Shown here: positions 52,693-62,420 of the stretch, one piece after another
Layout of the letters: the number at the start of each line of letters is the position of its first letter
How positions within the stretch are numbered: position 1 is the stretch's first letter
DNA from: Kiritimatiellia bacterium
GTDB taxonomy: Bacteria; Verrucomicrobiota; Kiritimatiellia; RFP12; UBA1067
Assembly (NCBI GenBank): GCA_050949565.1
Contig: JBMNFY010000001.1
Location: forward strand, 96,001 to 160,000
Direction: 5' to 3'
DNA length: 64,000 bases
Notes under the pieces: generated by a model
Seen by the model: the letters and a program-made list of their open reading frames with translations, nothing else
Database searches by the model: none
What the model was told of the DNA's origin: nothing
Position numbers and translations under genes: made by a program

Positions 52693-52779
52693 TTAGACGG
52701 CGACGGGAAGTCGGATCTGCTGATCGGGGCGGGGGACGGCAAGGTTTACGGGTTTCTACACAAGGAGCTCGAATGGTGA
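52693..52779 (+). pseudogene. 3' remnant of an FG-GAP/VCBS-repeat gene
   Basis: Reads LDGDGKSDLLIGAGDGKVYGFLHKELEW*, with an in-frame stop at 52678-52680 and no start codon. Confidence 0.55.
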
Positions 52780-52830
52780 CAGCACGGCGCATACACGAGG
52801 CGCGATGTAAACGGCGAGGAAAGGAGTGAC

Positions 52831-53859
52831 ATGATGATCCAGTGTGTGAGTAGCAAACTTTTGATCGTGAGCGCGGGGGCGGCAGTGGGGATGTGTGCCG
52901 GTTTGGCGTGTGCGGAGGCGCTGGTCTCGTCAGGTTTTATCTGTGATCCGTTGCCGACGCCACAGTGTCATGCATCGACCATCGCGGAGACGCCGGAGGG
53001 GATGGTGGCCGCGTGGTTCGGCGGCACGCATGAGCGGCATCAGGATGTCGGGATCTGGTTGGCGCGGCGGGAAAACGGGGCGTGGTTGCCCGCGCGGGAG
53101 GTGGCCAACGGCGTGCAGCCGGACGGCACGCGCCACCCTTGCTGGAATCCGGTGTTGCATACTGCAAAAGATGGTTCGCTGACCCTCTTTTTTAAGGTCG
53201 GGCCGGACTGCACATGGTGGTGGGGCGAGAAGATGGTCTCGCGCGATCATGGGCGTACGTGGTCTAAACCGGAGCGCCTGCCGAACGGCATGATCGGACC
53301 GATCAAGAATAAGCCGCTGGCACTGCCCGACGGACGCGTGCTGTGCGGAGCCAGCACGGAGTTCGGTCCGTGGCTGGTGCATGTTGAGACGTTCGACAGT
53401 GCGGGCACGTGGTCGCGGACCGGCCATCTGCACGGACGGCACATCAACGCGATCCAGCCGAGTTTTTTGACGCATCCGAACAACCTGCTGCAAATGGTGG
53501 GGCGTACCAGAGAGCGGCGGGTCTTCTCGATCTTTTCAAAGGACATGGGACGGACGTGGGGCGAAATGACCTTGCTGGAGGTGCCCAACCCGAATGCAGG
53601 AACGGACGCGGTGACGCTCAAGGACGGGCGGCATCTACTGGTCTGCAACCCGGTCGAGAAGGGTAGGACGCCGCTGGTCGTGATGCTTTCCGAGGATGGA
53701 CTCCGCTGGCGTGAAGTGCTGGTTCTTGAAAATGCGCCGTCGGCGGAGTTTTCGTATCCCGCTGTGATTCAGGCGGCGGACGGGCGCGTGCATGTCACCT
53801 ACACCTGGAAGCGGCGGAACGTCAAACACGCGGTTATCGACGTGTCACAATTGAAGTAG
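52831..53859 (+). CDS. Exo-alpha-sialidase-like BNR_2 protein
   Basis: CHASTI.E, AAWFGG..E...DV.IW, CWNPVL, SRDHGRTWS, GPIKNKP, IQPS, SKDMGRTW, PNPNAG.D, RTPL, EFSYP. Confidence 0.88.
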   Translation: MMIQCVSSKLLIVSAGAAVGMCAGLACAEALVSSGFICDPLPTPQCHASTIAETPEGMVAAWFGGTHERHQDVGIWLARRENGAWLPAREVANGVQPDGTRHPCWNPVLHTAKDGSLTLFFKVGPDCTWWWGEKMVSRDHGRTWSKPERLPNGMIGPIKNKPLALPDGRVLCGASTEFGPWLVHVETFDSAGTWSRTGHLHGRHINAIQPSFLTHPNNLLQMVGRTRERRVFSIFSKDMGRTWGEMTLLEVPNPNAGTDAVTLKDGRHLLVCNPVEKGRTPLVVMLSEDGLRWREVLVLENAPSAEFSYPAVIQAADGRVHVTYTWKRRNVKHAVIDVSQLK

Positions 53860-53865
53860 AACAGA

Positions 53866-53964
53866 GAGGCTCTTGCAAACCCCCGTGACATGGGCGTCTC
53901 GCCCATGAAACACGGGCAAGATGCCCGTGCCACACCTGTAACCAAAGGGTTTTGCAAGAGTCTC
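53866..53964 (-). repeat. REP/MITE-like element copy 5 (reverse) with the best-preserved terminal inverted repeats
   Basis: GAGGCTCTTGCAAACCCC ... core 53885-53933 ... GGGTTTTGCAAGAGTCTC. Confidence 0.88.
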
Positions 53965-53984
53965 CAGAGAAAGGGAGAAATGAG

Positions 53985-55301
53985 ATGAATACTTACGCAA
54001 GGACATGGGTTATGATCGGCGTTGTCGCTTGCGCGGTCGGCGTAATGGCGGAGACATCATGGCGCGTCAAGCCGCTGGCGGATGACTATGTGGTGGTATG
54101 CGAATCACCTTCGCCTTCGAATGTGTATTGCTACACGCCGGGGCTGGCCGTCGCCGGACAGGGGCGTCTGGTGGCGACCATGGATTTCGGCGGTTCGGGT
54201 TGGAAAAAAGAAGAACCGCGCGGGCGGATTTTTGTATCGGATGACCGCGGCAAAAGTTGGGCGCAGCGCGCATCATTTCCGTTCCTTCATGCACGACCCT
54301 TCATGGCGGGCAAGACGCTATATGTGCTGGGGCATGCCGGAGACTTGATGGTGGTGAGGTCCGATGACAACGGTGAAACTTGGTCAGAAGCGGTCAAGTT
54401 GACCGATAAGCAGAACTGGCACCAGTCGGCGTGCAATGTCTGGACCGCCAACGGGTGCGTCTATCTCGTCATGGAACGGCGCGTGTCACAGGCGATTAAG
54501 TCGTGGCCGGTCGGCGAACTCGCACCGGTGTTGATGCGCGGCCGTCTGGATGCCGATCTCACACGGCGCGAGAACTGGACGTTCGCCTCGGAACTGTCGT
54601 TCCACGATACCCTTCCAAACATCGAAAAAGACCCCGGCATTGATTTCTTCGGTGTGCCGTTCTATGACTCGGCCTACCCGCGCGGCGCGCTGCCGGCACC
54701 GCGCCGTAACAGTGCGCCGATCGGTTGGCTGGAAACCAATGTGATCCAATTCACCGATCCCGGCCACTATTGGTACGATCCTGCCGGCAAGACCTTTCAC
54801 CTCTGGATGCGCGCGCACACCGGCGGCACCGGCTATGCGGCGGTTGCCAAGGTAGTGGAGCGGGCCGACGGCAGTATGGTGACCCAACTGGAGAAAGTGC
54901 CCTCCGGCAAGTCTGCGCTCTTTTTGCCCTGCCCCGGCGGCCAGATGCGTTTTCATGTGCTGTATGACGCGCCGACGCGGCTCTTCTGGTTGCTCAGCAC
55001 ACAGGCGACCGACTCCATGACGCGTGCGGAGATGCTGCCGGATGACCGCTACAATCTGCCGAATAACGAGCGCCACCGCTTGCAGCTCCATTTTTCCAAA
55101 AACATGGTGGACTGGTGTTTCGCGGGACTTGTGGCAACCGGAAAGACGCCGCGCGAAGCCCGTCACTACGCCTCAATGGTGATTGACGGTGATGACCTGC
55201 ACGTGCTGTCACGTAGCGGCGATAGCCGTGCCAAGAGCGCGCATGACGGAAATCTGATCACGTTCCACACGGTCAAAAAATTCAGGGATCTGGTGTATTA
55301 G
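53985..55301 (+). CDS. Sialidase-fold (BNR/Asp-box) secreted protein
   Basis: Signal peptide; VSDDRGKSW, RSDDNGETWS, GWLETN, PGGQMRF, NERHRL.L.FS.N..DW; homologous to the BNR domain of 49049-52617. Confidence 0.8.
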   Translation: MNTYARTWVMIGVVACAVGVMAETSWRVKPLADDYVVVCESPSPSNVYCYTPGLAVAGQGRLVATMDFGGSGWKKEEPRGRIFVSDDRGKSWAQRASFPFLHARPFMAGKTLYVLGHAGDLMVVRSDDNGETWSEAVKLTDKQNWHQSACNVWTANGCVYLVMERRVSQAIKSWPVGELAPVLMRGRLDADLTRRENWTFASELSFHDTLPNIEKDPGIDFFGVPFYDSAYPRGALPAPRRNSAPIGWLETNVIQFTDPGHYWYDPAGKTFHLWMRAHTGGTGYAAVAKVVERADGSMVTQLEKVPSGKSALFLPCPGGQMRFHVLYDAPTRLFWLLSTQATDSMTRAEMLPDDRYNLPNNERHRLQLHFSKNMVDWCFAGLVATGKTPREARHYASMVIDGDDLHVLSRSGDSRAKSAHDGNLITFHTVKKFRDLVY

Positions 55302-55307
55302 TGCCTT

Positions 55308-56807
55308 ATGAATTTACCGCTTGTTGATCTCTTAGTCTTCGTCGCCTATTTGGTCGGTGTGACCGCGTTTGGTTGCTCGTTCTACTTCAGGCGTGGTGCC
55401 GCCGACGCGGCGGATACCTTTACCTCGGGCGGCGGACGGTTGCCGGCGTGGGCGGTGGGCATGTCGATCTTCGCGACATTCGTCAGCAGTATCAGCTTTT
55501 TGGGGTTGCCAGCCAAGGCGTATGTCGGAAACTGGAACGCCTTCGTTTTCAGTCTGTCGATTCCTGTGGCCTCATGGATGGCGGTGCGGTTTTTCGTGCC
55601 GCTTTACCGCAGCCTGAACAGTGCTTCGGCCTACAGTTATCTGGAGACGCGCTTCGGGCCCTGGGCGCGCATCTACGCCTCGCTCTGTTATCTGGTCACG
55701 CAGATCGCGCGGATGGGCACGATCCTCTATCTATTGGCGCTGCCGATGAATGCGCTACTGGGGTGGTCGGTGCCAATGCTGATCGTTGTGACGGGGGTGG
55801 GCACGCTGCTCTATTGCGCGATGGGCGGCATCCAAGCCGTCATCTGGACTGACGCCGTGCAGGGCATCATCCTGATCGGTGGGACGCTGCTCTGTCTGGC
55901 GGTGCTGCTCATCACAATGCCGCAGGGTATCGGGCAGGCGTGGACACTCGCGGTGTCGGAAGGCAAGATGAGCTTGGGAAGCTGGTCGTTGACGGACTGG
56001 GGCAGCGAAACCTTCTGGGTTTGCCTGATCTACGGAATCTTCATCAACATGCAGAACTACGGCATCGACCAAAACTACATCCAGCGGTATATCACAGCGC
56101 GCGACCACCGCGATGCGGTGCGTTCAACGCTCTTCGGCTCTCTGCTTTATGTGCCGGTCTCGTTTCTCTTTTTCCTGATCGGTACCGCGTTGTACGCCTA
56201 CTACCATGCGCGCCCGGATTTGCTGCCGGCTGAAATCGCGGCGCGTCCCGATCAGATTCTACCCTTCTTCATTGTCAAGGGGCTGCCGGTCGGCATCACA
56301 GGGCTCTTGATCGCCGCGATTTTCGCGGCCGGCATGAGCACGGTCTCCACCAGTCTCAACAGTGGCGCGACGATCATACTTGAGGATTACTACAAACGGT
56401 TCGTGGATCCGCAGGTGCAAGACTCGCGCGCGTTGCGCGTGTTGCAGGGGGCGACGGTGGCGCTGGCGGTGCTGGGGGTGGGGTGTGCGCTGGCGATGAT
56501 GCATGTCAGGAGCGCGCTTGATGCCTGGTGGGCAATGCAATCCATCTTTAGCGGCGGTATGCTCGGTCTGTTTCTGTTGGGGTATTTCTGTCAGAAGGCG
56601 CGGAATCCCGAAGCGGCGCTTGGCGTGGTGCTGGGTGTGTTGACGATCGCGTGGGTCAGCGTGTGGCAGAAGCGGTGGCCGCTACCGGTGGCGATCCATC
56701 AGAATTTGTCGATCGTGTTGGGTACGACGGTGATCTTTGTGACCGGCTTTCTTGGCTCGACTTTGCTGCGACCGGTCAGAGTCGGGCGTTTGCGCGGTAA
56801 GATGTGA
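55308..56807 (+). CDS. Sodium:solute symporter (SSS; SiaT/sugar-like)
   Basis: GMSIFATFVSSISFLGLP, SAYSYLETRFG, GGIQAVIWTD.VQG, DQNYIQRY, AAIFAAGMSTVSTSLNS; multiple TM segments. Confidence 0.93.
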   Translation: MNLPLVDLLVFVAYLVGVTAFGCSFYFRRGAADAADTFTSGGGRLPAWAVGMSIFATFVSSISFLGLPAKAYVGNWNAFVFSLSIPVASWMAVRFFVPLYRSLNSASAYSYLETRFGPWARIYASLCYLVTQIARMGTILYLLALPMNALLGWSVPMLIVVTGVGTLLYCAMGGIQAVIWTDAVQGIILIGGTLLCLAVLLITMPQGIGQAWTLAVSEGKMSLGSWSLTDWGSETFWVCLIYGIFINMQNYGIDQNYIQRYITARDHRDAVRSTLFGSLLYVPVSFLFFLIGTALYAYYHARPDLLPAEIAARPDQILPFFIVKGLPVGITGLLIAAIFAAGMSTVSTSLNSGATIILEDYYKRFVDPQVQDSRALRVLQGATVALAVLGVGCALAMMHVRSALDAWWAMQSIFSGGMLGLFLLGYFCQKARNPEAALGVVLGVLTIAWVSVWQKRWPLPVAIHQNLSIVLGTTVIFVTGFLGSTLLRPVRVGRLRGKM

Positions 56808-56845
56808 AGTGAGGACCATAATAAGTGACGAGAGGAGAACGAGGG

Positions 56846-59269
56846 ATGACAATGAAAAGCATGTCAAGGGTTGGAGGCCGGTTATGGTGCGCATTGGGGT
56901 GCGTGGTTCTTTGTGTTGCAGCGTTCGCGGAGGAGGCTGCGCAGCAACGGGTAGAGACGGAGACGCTGATCATCAGCGGAACGGGGTGGACGCTCCAACC
57001 GCTGGCAAACGGCGCGAAGGCTTTTTCCAATCGGACGTATGTGTGGATGGACCTGCCGCGCGACACCGCAACGTGGCGCTACACGCAAATCGCGGGTGGC
57101 GAGCCTGCGGTCGTGGAGGTCGAGGCACGCAAGGACACGACGGTCCACATGGCGAGCACGGTCACGAATCCCGACGCGCGGTTCGATGGCTGGTCGCCTG
57201 TTGCGGGCGTGAACTTCCGCTATACCGACGCAGGCCGCACGCGGTTGCATGTGTACGCACGGAAACTCAAGGCGGGCGAGCGTGCGTCGCTGCCGCAGGG
57301 CACCTGGGCGGGCGGCTTGTTGTTGCTGGGTCTTGAGGTCGAAGGCTCGCTCGAACGCCTGCCCTACAACAATCCGGGCTTGACGGTTTATCTAGGCGTT
57401 GGCCTGTGGGCGTGGCCGCTGCCGATGGACGCGGATGACGACGGCGATCTTGATCTGGTGGTGTCCTGTCCGGATCAGCCGTACAACGGAATCTATGTGT
57501 TCGAGAATCCTACCGGCCGTACCTCGCCGCGCGGATGGATGCTCGGGTTGGATGGCGGGGCGCGCATGCCGGTGTTTAAGGCCGCGCGCAGACTCAGCCG
57601 TTCGCCTTCAAACGTGCAGGTGAGTTTTGTCGATGGCGTGCCGCACGTTCTGACGCCGGCCACGATGCACCCTGAGTTCAAACAGGTCGGGACCGCTCGG
57701 GGTGTCGGGATCAAGGGCGAAAACATCAAGTCGAATATCCACACGAACAGAGTACGCGCCAACATGTGGCGCTATGTCGATTACGACGGCGACGGTGCGC
57801 AAGACTTGATCGTCGGCGTCGGCGACTGGACATCCTATGGATGGGATAACGCCTACAACGCCGAGGGCGTCTGGACCAACGGGCCGTTGCGCGGACTGGT
57901 CTATTGGCTGCGCAATCGCGGTACCACACAGCAACCCGATTACGCTCCGGCAGAGTTGGTGCTGGCGGCGGGGCAACCGCTGGAGGTGTTTGGCTGGCCT
58001 TCGCCAAACTTTGCAGACTGGGACGGGGATGGAGACCTTGATCTGCTGTGTGGGGAGTTTCTAGACGGATTCACCTATTTTGAGAACATCGGCTCGCGCA
58101 CGCATCCGGAGTATGCGGCGGGGCGTCGTCTGGTGGGCAGCGACGGCCGTCCGCTGGTGATGGATTTGCAGATGATCACGCCCACGGCCATCGACTGGGA
58201 CGGCGACGGCGACTTGGACCTGATCTGCGGCGATGAAGACGGGCGCGTGGCATTTATCGAGAACACCGGCTCGCTGTGCGCGGAGCGCATGCCCCGCTTC
58301 CGGCAGCCGCGTTACTTCCGTCAGGAGGCGCAGGATGTGAAGTTCGGCGCGCTGGTGACGCCGTTTGGGTGCGACTGGGACGGCGATGGTGACTGGGATT
58401 TGATTTGCGGTAACACAGCCGGGTATATCGCATTCATCGAAAACCTGAGCGGGAAGGGCGTGGAGCAGCCGGTTTGGGCCGAGCCGAAATTGCTGGAGGC
58501 CGACGGGAAGGTGCTGCGGGTCATGGCTGGCCCGAATGGCAGCATCCAGGGGCCGTGTGAAGCGAAGTGGGGTTACACCACGCAGACCGTGTGCGACTGG
58601 GACGGCGACGGACGGCTGGACATCGTGGCGAACTCGATCTTGGGCAAGGTACATTGGTACCGCAACATCGGCACGCGCCGGAAGCCGGTTCTGGCCGCCG
58701 CGCAGCCGATCGAGGTCGAGTGGGAGGGTGCCCAGCCGATTTTGGATTGGGGATGGATGCGGCCCGAGGGCAAGGCCCTGCTCACGCAGTGGCGTACGAC
58801 GCCGGTCACGGTGGATTGGAACCGCGATGGACTGGTGGACCTCGTGATGCTGGATCAAGAGGGCGACCTCGCCTTTTTCGAACGGGCTCTGCGCGATGGA
58901 GAGCGTGTCCTGTTGCATCCGCGCCGCGTGTTCTGCAACGAGAAGGGCGAGCCGCTCCGCTTCAACCGCGGTCGCGCGGGAGGCAGCGGACGCCGCAAGC
59001 TGTGCATCACGGATTGGGACGGCGATGGACGGCTGGACATTCTGATCAACTCCAAAAATGCCGAGTGGTGGCGGCAGACCGAGGCCAAGGACGGACGCTT
59101 CTTCTTTGCGAACATGGGAAATCTCCACATCAAGAACATCGAGGGTCATGATGTCAGTCCGACGGTCGTGGACTTTAATGACGACGGCGTGCCGGACTTC
59201 ATCGGTGGTGCGGAAGACGGCTTTCTTTATTATCTGCGCAACCCGCGCACGTCCGCCCGTTCTCACTGA
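56846..59269 (+). CDS. Secreted FG-GAP/VCBS-repeat protein
   Basis: Many D(W/Y)DGDGDxDL repeats; signal peptide. Confidence 0.88.
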   Translation: MTMKSMSRVGGRLWCALGCVVLCVAAFAEEAAQQRVETETLIISGTGWTLQPLANGAKAFSNRTYVWMDLPRDTATWRYTQIAGGEPAVVEVEARKDTTVHMASTVTNPDARFDGWSPVAGVNFRYTDAGRTRLHVYARKLKAGERASLPQGTWAGGLLLLGLEVEGSLERLPYNNPGLTVYLGVGLWAWPLPMDADDDGDLDLVVSCPDQPYNGIYVFENPTGRTSPRGWMLGLDGGARMPVFKAARRLSRSPSNVQVSFVDGVPHVLTPATMHPEFKQVGTARGVGIKGENIKSNIHTNRVRANMWRYVDYDGDGAQDLIVGVGDWTSYGWDNAYNAEGVWTNGPLRGLVYWLRNRGTTQQPDYAPAELVLAAGQPLEVFGWPSPNFADWDGDGDLDLLCGEFLDGFTYFENIGSRTHPEYAAGRRLVGSDGRPLVMDLQMITPTAIDWDGDGDLDLICGDEDGRVAFIENTGSLCAERMPRFRQPRYFRQEAQDVKFGALVTPFGCDWDGDGDWDLICGNTAGYIAFIENLSGKGVEQPVWAEPKLLEADGKVLRVMAGPNGSIQGPCEAKWGYTTQTVCDWDGDGRLDIVANSILGKVHWYRNIGTRRKPVLAAAQPIEVEWEGAQPILDWGWMRPEGKALLTQWRTTPVTVDWNRDGLVDLVMLDQEGDLAFFERALRDGERVLLHPRRVFCNEKGEPLRFNRGRAGGSGRRKLCITDWDGDGRLDILINSKNAEWWRQTEAKDGRFFFANMGNLHIKNIEGHDVSPTVVDFNDDGVPDFIGGAEDGFLYYLRNPRTSARSH

Positions 59270-59292
59270 AATCTTGACGCGAAAGGAGCACA

Positions 59293-62145
59293 ATGATGAA
59301 CGTGGTGCATAGCGGTTGGATCGGCGGGATTGTTTGTTTGATGACGGCGCAGATTGTTTGCGCCGCGTTGCCGCAGGACGCGCAGGTGGTGCAAGCCGAA
59401 GCGATGACGCTGAGCAGCGGCTGGAGCGTCTTGGAGCATGACCCCAAGGCGTGGTATGCGGGCCGTCCTTTTGGACAGATGCTGAGCGGCAGGAACGGCG
59501 AGCCGGGGGCGGCCACTGCGACGGTGACCCTGCCCGTAGGAGGCCGCTATCGCGTGTGGGTGCGCTATCTGGACATCATCACGCACCGCGCCCGGACGGG
59601 CTTCGCGGTGACCGCCGAGCAGGAGGACCGGCAGGTGGCGCGCGCGGAGATGGGGGCGGAAGAGGTCTCGCCGCGTGCCACGCCTGAGGGCGAGAAAAAA
59701 TGGGGTTCCGGTTACTCGCGTTGGATGTGGCGTGCCGCCGAGTTTGACGCCGCCGCTGGCCCTCTGCGCCTCGCCGTGGAGAAACTGCATGCCGTGCCGG
59801 TCACAGCCTATACGCGTAGCTTGGATGTGATGATCGTGACGACGAACCTGATGTACGAGCCGCGCGTGACCGACCTCACGCCGTTCTACCTGAAGGTGCG
59901 CATGCTGCCGGAGCAAAAGGTGCCGGCCGTTATTCATTTCTGGGGACGTCGTCCGTTCGCGCCGTGGTACACCGATCACGCGAACATCAACCTCAAGGGT
60001 ATCGTGCGTAGTATCTACGCGGGGTCTGAGGACAAGCCCGGCATCCGCATGGCGGCCGGTGACGAGAGCCCGTGGGTGGATGTCTCCTCGTATCTCGCCT
60101 ACGGTGGGCTCAACCAGATCAGCCTGTACGCGATGCGCGTTTACGGCAAGCCGGAACCCGAGGCGGCTTTCGAGGTGTTTTTCTCAAAGACGCCGTCCGA
60201 GGATGGCCTTATGCAGCGCGAGACGCGGCGCGGCACAGGCGACGGCTACATATTCGCGATCGACTTGACGGATTACCGCCTCGTGACCGAACGCGTCGGG
60301 AGCGATGCCTCGCTGGCCATGGCGCGGGCCGTGCCGCAGGTGCCGGGCAAGCCGCCGTCGGCTTTTCCCTTTTTTACCGGCATGGCGCTGCGCGAGGATC
60401 GCTCGTCCGCGCAGGCGGTGACGAATGAGCTTGAAGCGCTCCGCCTGATCGGGGTCAATGATGCGAAACGGCGGCCGTCGCACTTCTTCTTTCATCATAC
60501 GGTTGCTCCGGGCTGTCTCGGTCAGCCTGATCGTGCGCGTATCGATGCGCTGTTCACGGACGTTGCGCGCAAACATCCGGACCGTTCCAATTGGGTCGCG
60601 ATCAACTTGATGGATGAGCCGGGGTTTGACTTCAAGCACATCGAAGCCTGCGCCGCCTGCCGGCAAGGGTTTGCGCCTTTTCTGGAACAGGCGGGGGTGC
60701 CGCAGGATATGCGGACCGGCCTGACGCTGAACAACAATCCGGAAGGTACGAACGTACAACAGAAGGTCTCGTATTACTACACCCGGCGCTACATGAACCA
60801 TCTGATGACGGAGATGCTGCGCGCGGGTCATACCAGCGTGCAGCGGCACATGCCCGGCGTACCCACGACCGCCAACTTCGCCTGCGAGTTGCTGGAGGGC
60901 AATTTGGTGTCGCGCTGCGTCGACTGGTTCGAGATTTTTGGGTCGGGTGCCTTGACCTACGGCTGGCACGAGGATTGGGGCGGCTGGGCGCGTACGCGGC
61001 AGATCAACGGCTACTACGTTGATGTGATGCGCGCCGCATGCCGCAAGCCGGGCATTGAGTACGGCATCTACAACATTCTCGCCCGGACGCCGTGGGAGAT
61101 TCAGGCGCGCGCCTTTCTGGAGTTCGGCCACGGCGTCAGGTCGATGCACTTTTTCAACTACGGGCCGTACTACGCGATCACCAGCGATGCGAACAGCCAT
61201 CGTCCGGAAATCTACGACGCGATCAAGCGGGTGACCTTCACGATGGGCGCGGTCGAACGCGATGTATTGGCCAGTCGCCCGGCGCGTGGCGATGTCGCCC
61301 AGCTTCTCAGCGTAAGCGGGGATATTTGGTACGCAACACGCGACAATGTGTTCGGTAAAGAGCGTACATGGCTCCATCTGTTGCTGCGCCATTGCAGAGT
61401 AAGTTGCGACATCCTGCACGAAGATGAACTTGCCGCATCACTGGCCCCGTACCGCGTCCTGTTCGCGAACGACGCCCATCTGAAGCGCGCGGCACTGGCG
61501 CCGCTGACGGCATGGGTGCGTGATGGCGGCGTGCTTGTGTTGGGGGCAGGCGCGTTGACAAGTGACGAGTTCGGCGCACCGCTCGGTTTGGACAAGGCGC
61601 TGGGCTTCTCGCGCGAGCCGCTGGTGTTGCGCGATCTTCCGGGACGCGCCGAGTATGAAATGCCGCGCCTGAAACCGCTCGGCGAATATCGCGGCATGCC
61701 GCTGCTGTGCGGGACGAACGCGCCATTGGAACATGCGGTTGCGGCAGGCCGCGGCCGGATCGTCCAAACCGGCTTCTTCCCCGGCATCAGTTATATCGCG
61801 ACATCAAAGCGACCCGATGCAGCCGAGTATTCGGTCTTGGATTTCGAAGCGGCGCACCGCAACTGGATGACGGCCTTCTTGGGGACGCTCGACGTACGGC
61901 CCAGAATACGCGTCACGCCGTACAACATCGAGGTCAACCTGCTGGAATCCGCTGAGGCGGACGTGCTTGCGGTATCGAACTGGAGCGGCAAGCGGGCGAC
62001 CGTGAGCATCGAGATAGACCGCGCGCCTGCTTACCGTGCGGTCGAGCCGGTCGCGGGGCGTTTGATCGAAAAGAGCATCACGCAACAGACACTCCGCCTC
62101 GTACTTGAGGTCGACGCCGGCGACCTTGTTCGCTTGGCGCGTTGA
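59293..62145 (+). CDS. Secreted GH42-like glycoside hydrolase with beta-galactosidase trimerisation-like domain
   Basis: Signal peptide; LMDEPG, C.AC..GF, TTANF, W.EDW, Y.VLF...AHL...A...L.AWVRDGGVL. Confidence 0.6.
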   Translation: MMNVVHSGWIGGIVCLMTAQIVCAALPQDAQVVQAEAMTLSSGWSVLEHDPKAWYAGRPFGQMLSGRNGEPGAATATVTLPVGGRYRVWVRYLDIITHRARTGFAVTAEQEDRQVARAEMGAEEVSPRATPEGEKKWGSGYSRWMWRAAEFDAAAGPLRLAVEKLHAVPVTAYTRSLDVMIVTTNLMYEPRVTDLTPFYLKVRMLPEQKVPAVIHFWGRRPFAPWYTDHANINLKGIVRSIYAGSEDKPGIRMAAGDESPWVDVSSYLAYGGLNQISLYAMRVYGKPEPEAAFEVFFSKTPSEDGLMQRETRRGTGDGYIFAIDLTDYRLVTERVGSDASLAMARAVPQVPGKPPSAFPFFTGMALREDRSSAQAVTNELEALRLIGVNDAKRRPSHFFFHHTVAPGCLGQPDRARIDALFTDVARKHPDRSNWVAINLMDEPGFDFKHIEACAACRQGFAPFLEQAGVPQDMRTGLTLNNNPEGTNVQQKVSYYYTRRYMNHLMTEMLRAGHTSVQRHMPGVPTTANFACELLEGNLVSRCVDWFEIFGSGALTYGWHEDWGGWARTRQINGYYVDVMRAACRKPGIEYGIYNILARTPWEIQARAFLEFGHGVRSMHFFNYGPYYAITSDANSHRPEIYDAIKRVTFTMGAVERDVLASRPARGDVAQLLSVSGDIWYATRDNVFGKERTWLHLLLRHCRVSCDILHEDELAASLAPYRVLFANDAHLKRAALAPLTAWVRDGGVLVLGAGALTSDEFGAPLGLDKALGFSREPLVLRDLPGRAEYEMPRLKPLGEYRGMPLLCGTNAPLEHAVAAGRGRIVQTGFFPGISYIATSKRPDAAEYSVLDFEAAHRNWMTAFLGTLDVRPRIRVTPYNIEVNLLESAEADVLAVSNWSGKRATVSIEIDRAPAYRAVEPVAGRLIEKSITQQTLRLVLEVDAGDLVRLAR

Positions 62146-62163
62146 GCGTTCCACCGATTATGA

Positions 62164-62193
62164 TTGATCCCCGGCCCCTGAAAAAGCTAAGAT
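62164..62193 (+). promoter_or_regulatory. Putative sigma70 promoter of the tRNA
   Basis: TTGATC-N18-TAAGAT about 37 nt upstream of the tRNA. Confidence 0.35.
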
Positions 62194-62229
62194 GACAGGC
62201 AATTGAAGGCGGGGACGCCCGCATTTCAA

Positions 62230-62306
62230 AGGCCAGTAGCTCAGTAGGACAGAGCACTAGATTCCTAATCTGGGGGTCGCCGGTTCGACTCCGGCCTGGC
62301 CTACCA
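62230..62306 (+). tRNA. tRNA-Arg (anticodon CCT)
   Basis: Acceptor AGGCCAG/CTGGCCT, D-arm GCTC/GAGC, anticodon stem CTAGA-TTCCTAA-TCTGG, T-arm GCCGG-TTCGACT-CCGGC, encoded CCA. Confidence 0.95.
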
Positions 62307-62354
62307 ATCCTCAGGCCCCGGCAAAGCCGATGTTTTGCCGGGGCCTGAGGATTT
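62306..62354. terminator. Long hairpin between the convergent tRNA and acyltransferase genes
   Basis: AATCCTCAGGCCCCGGCAAA..GCCGATG..TTTTGCCGGGGCCTGAGGATT inverted repeat. Confidence 0.65.
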
Positions 62355-62420
62355 AAAATCAGCGTATGATGACCATTGATCCCAACTTGCCGTTTGAAAT
62401 CTCATACACTCTATCCGGGC

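Noticed and set aside
43604-61419. Long antisense ORFs opposite the HzsA-like, FG-GAP and GH genes (544, 410, 411 aa)
   Set aside because: They fully overlap well-supported sense genes, as expected in high-GC DNA
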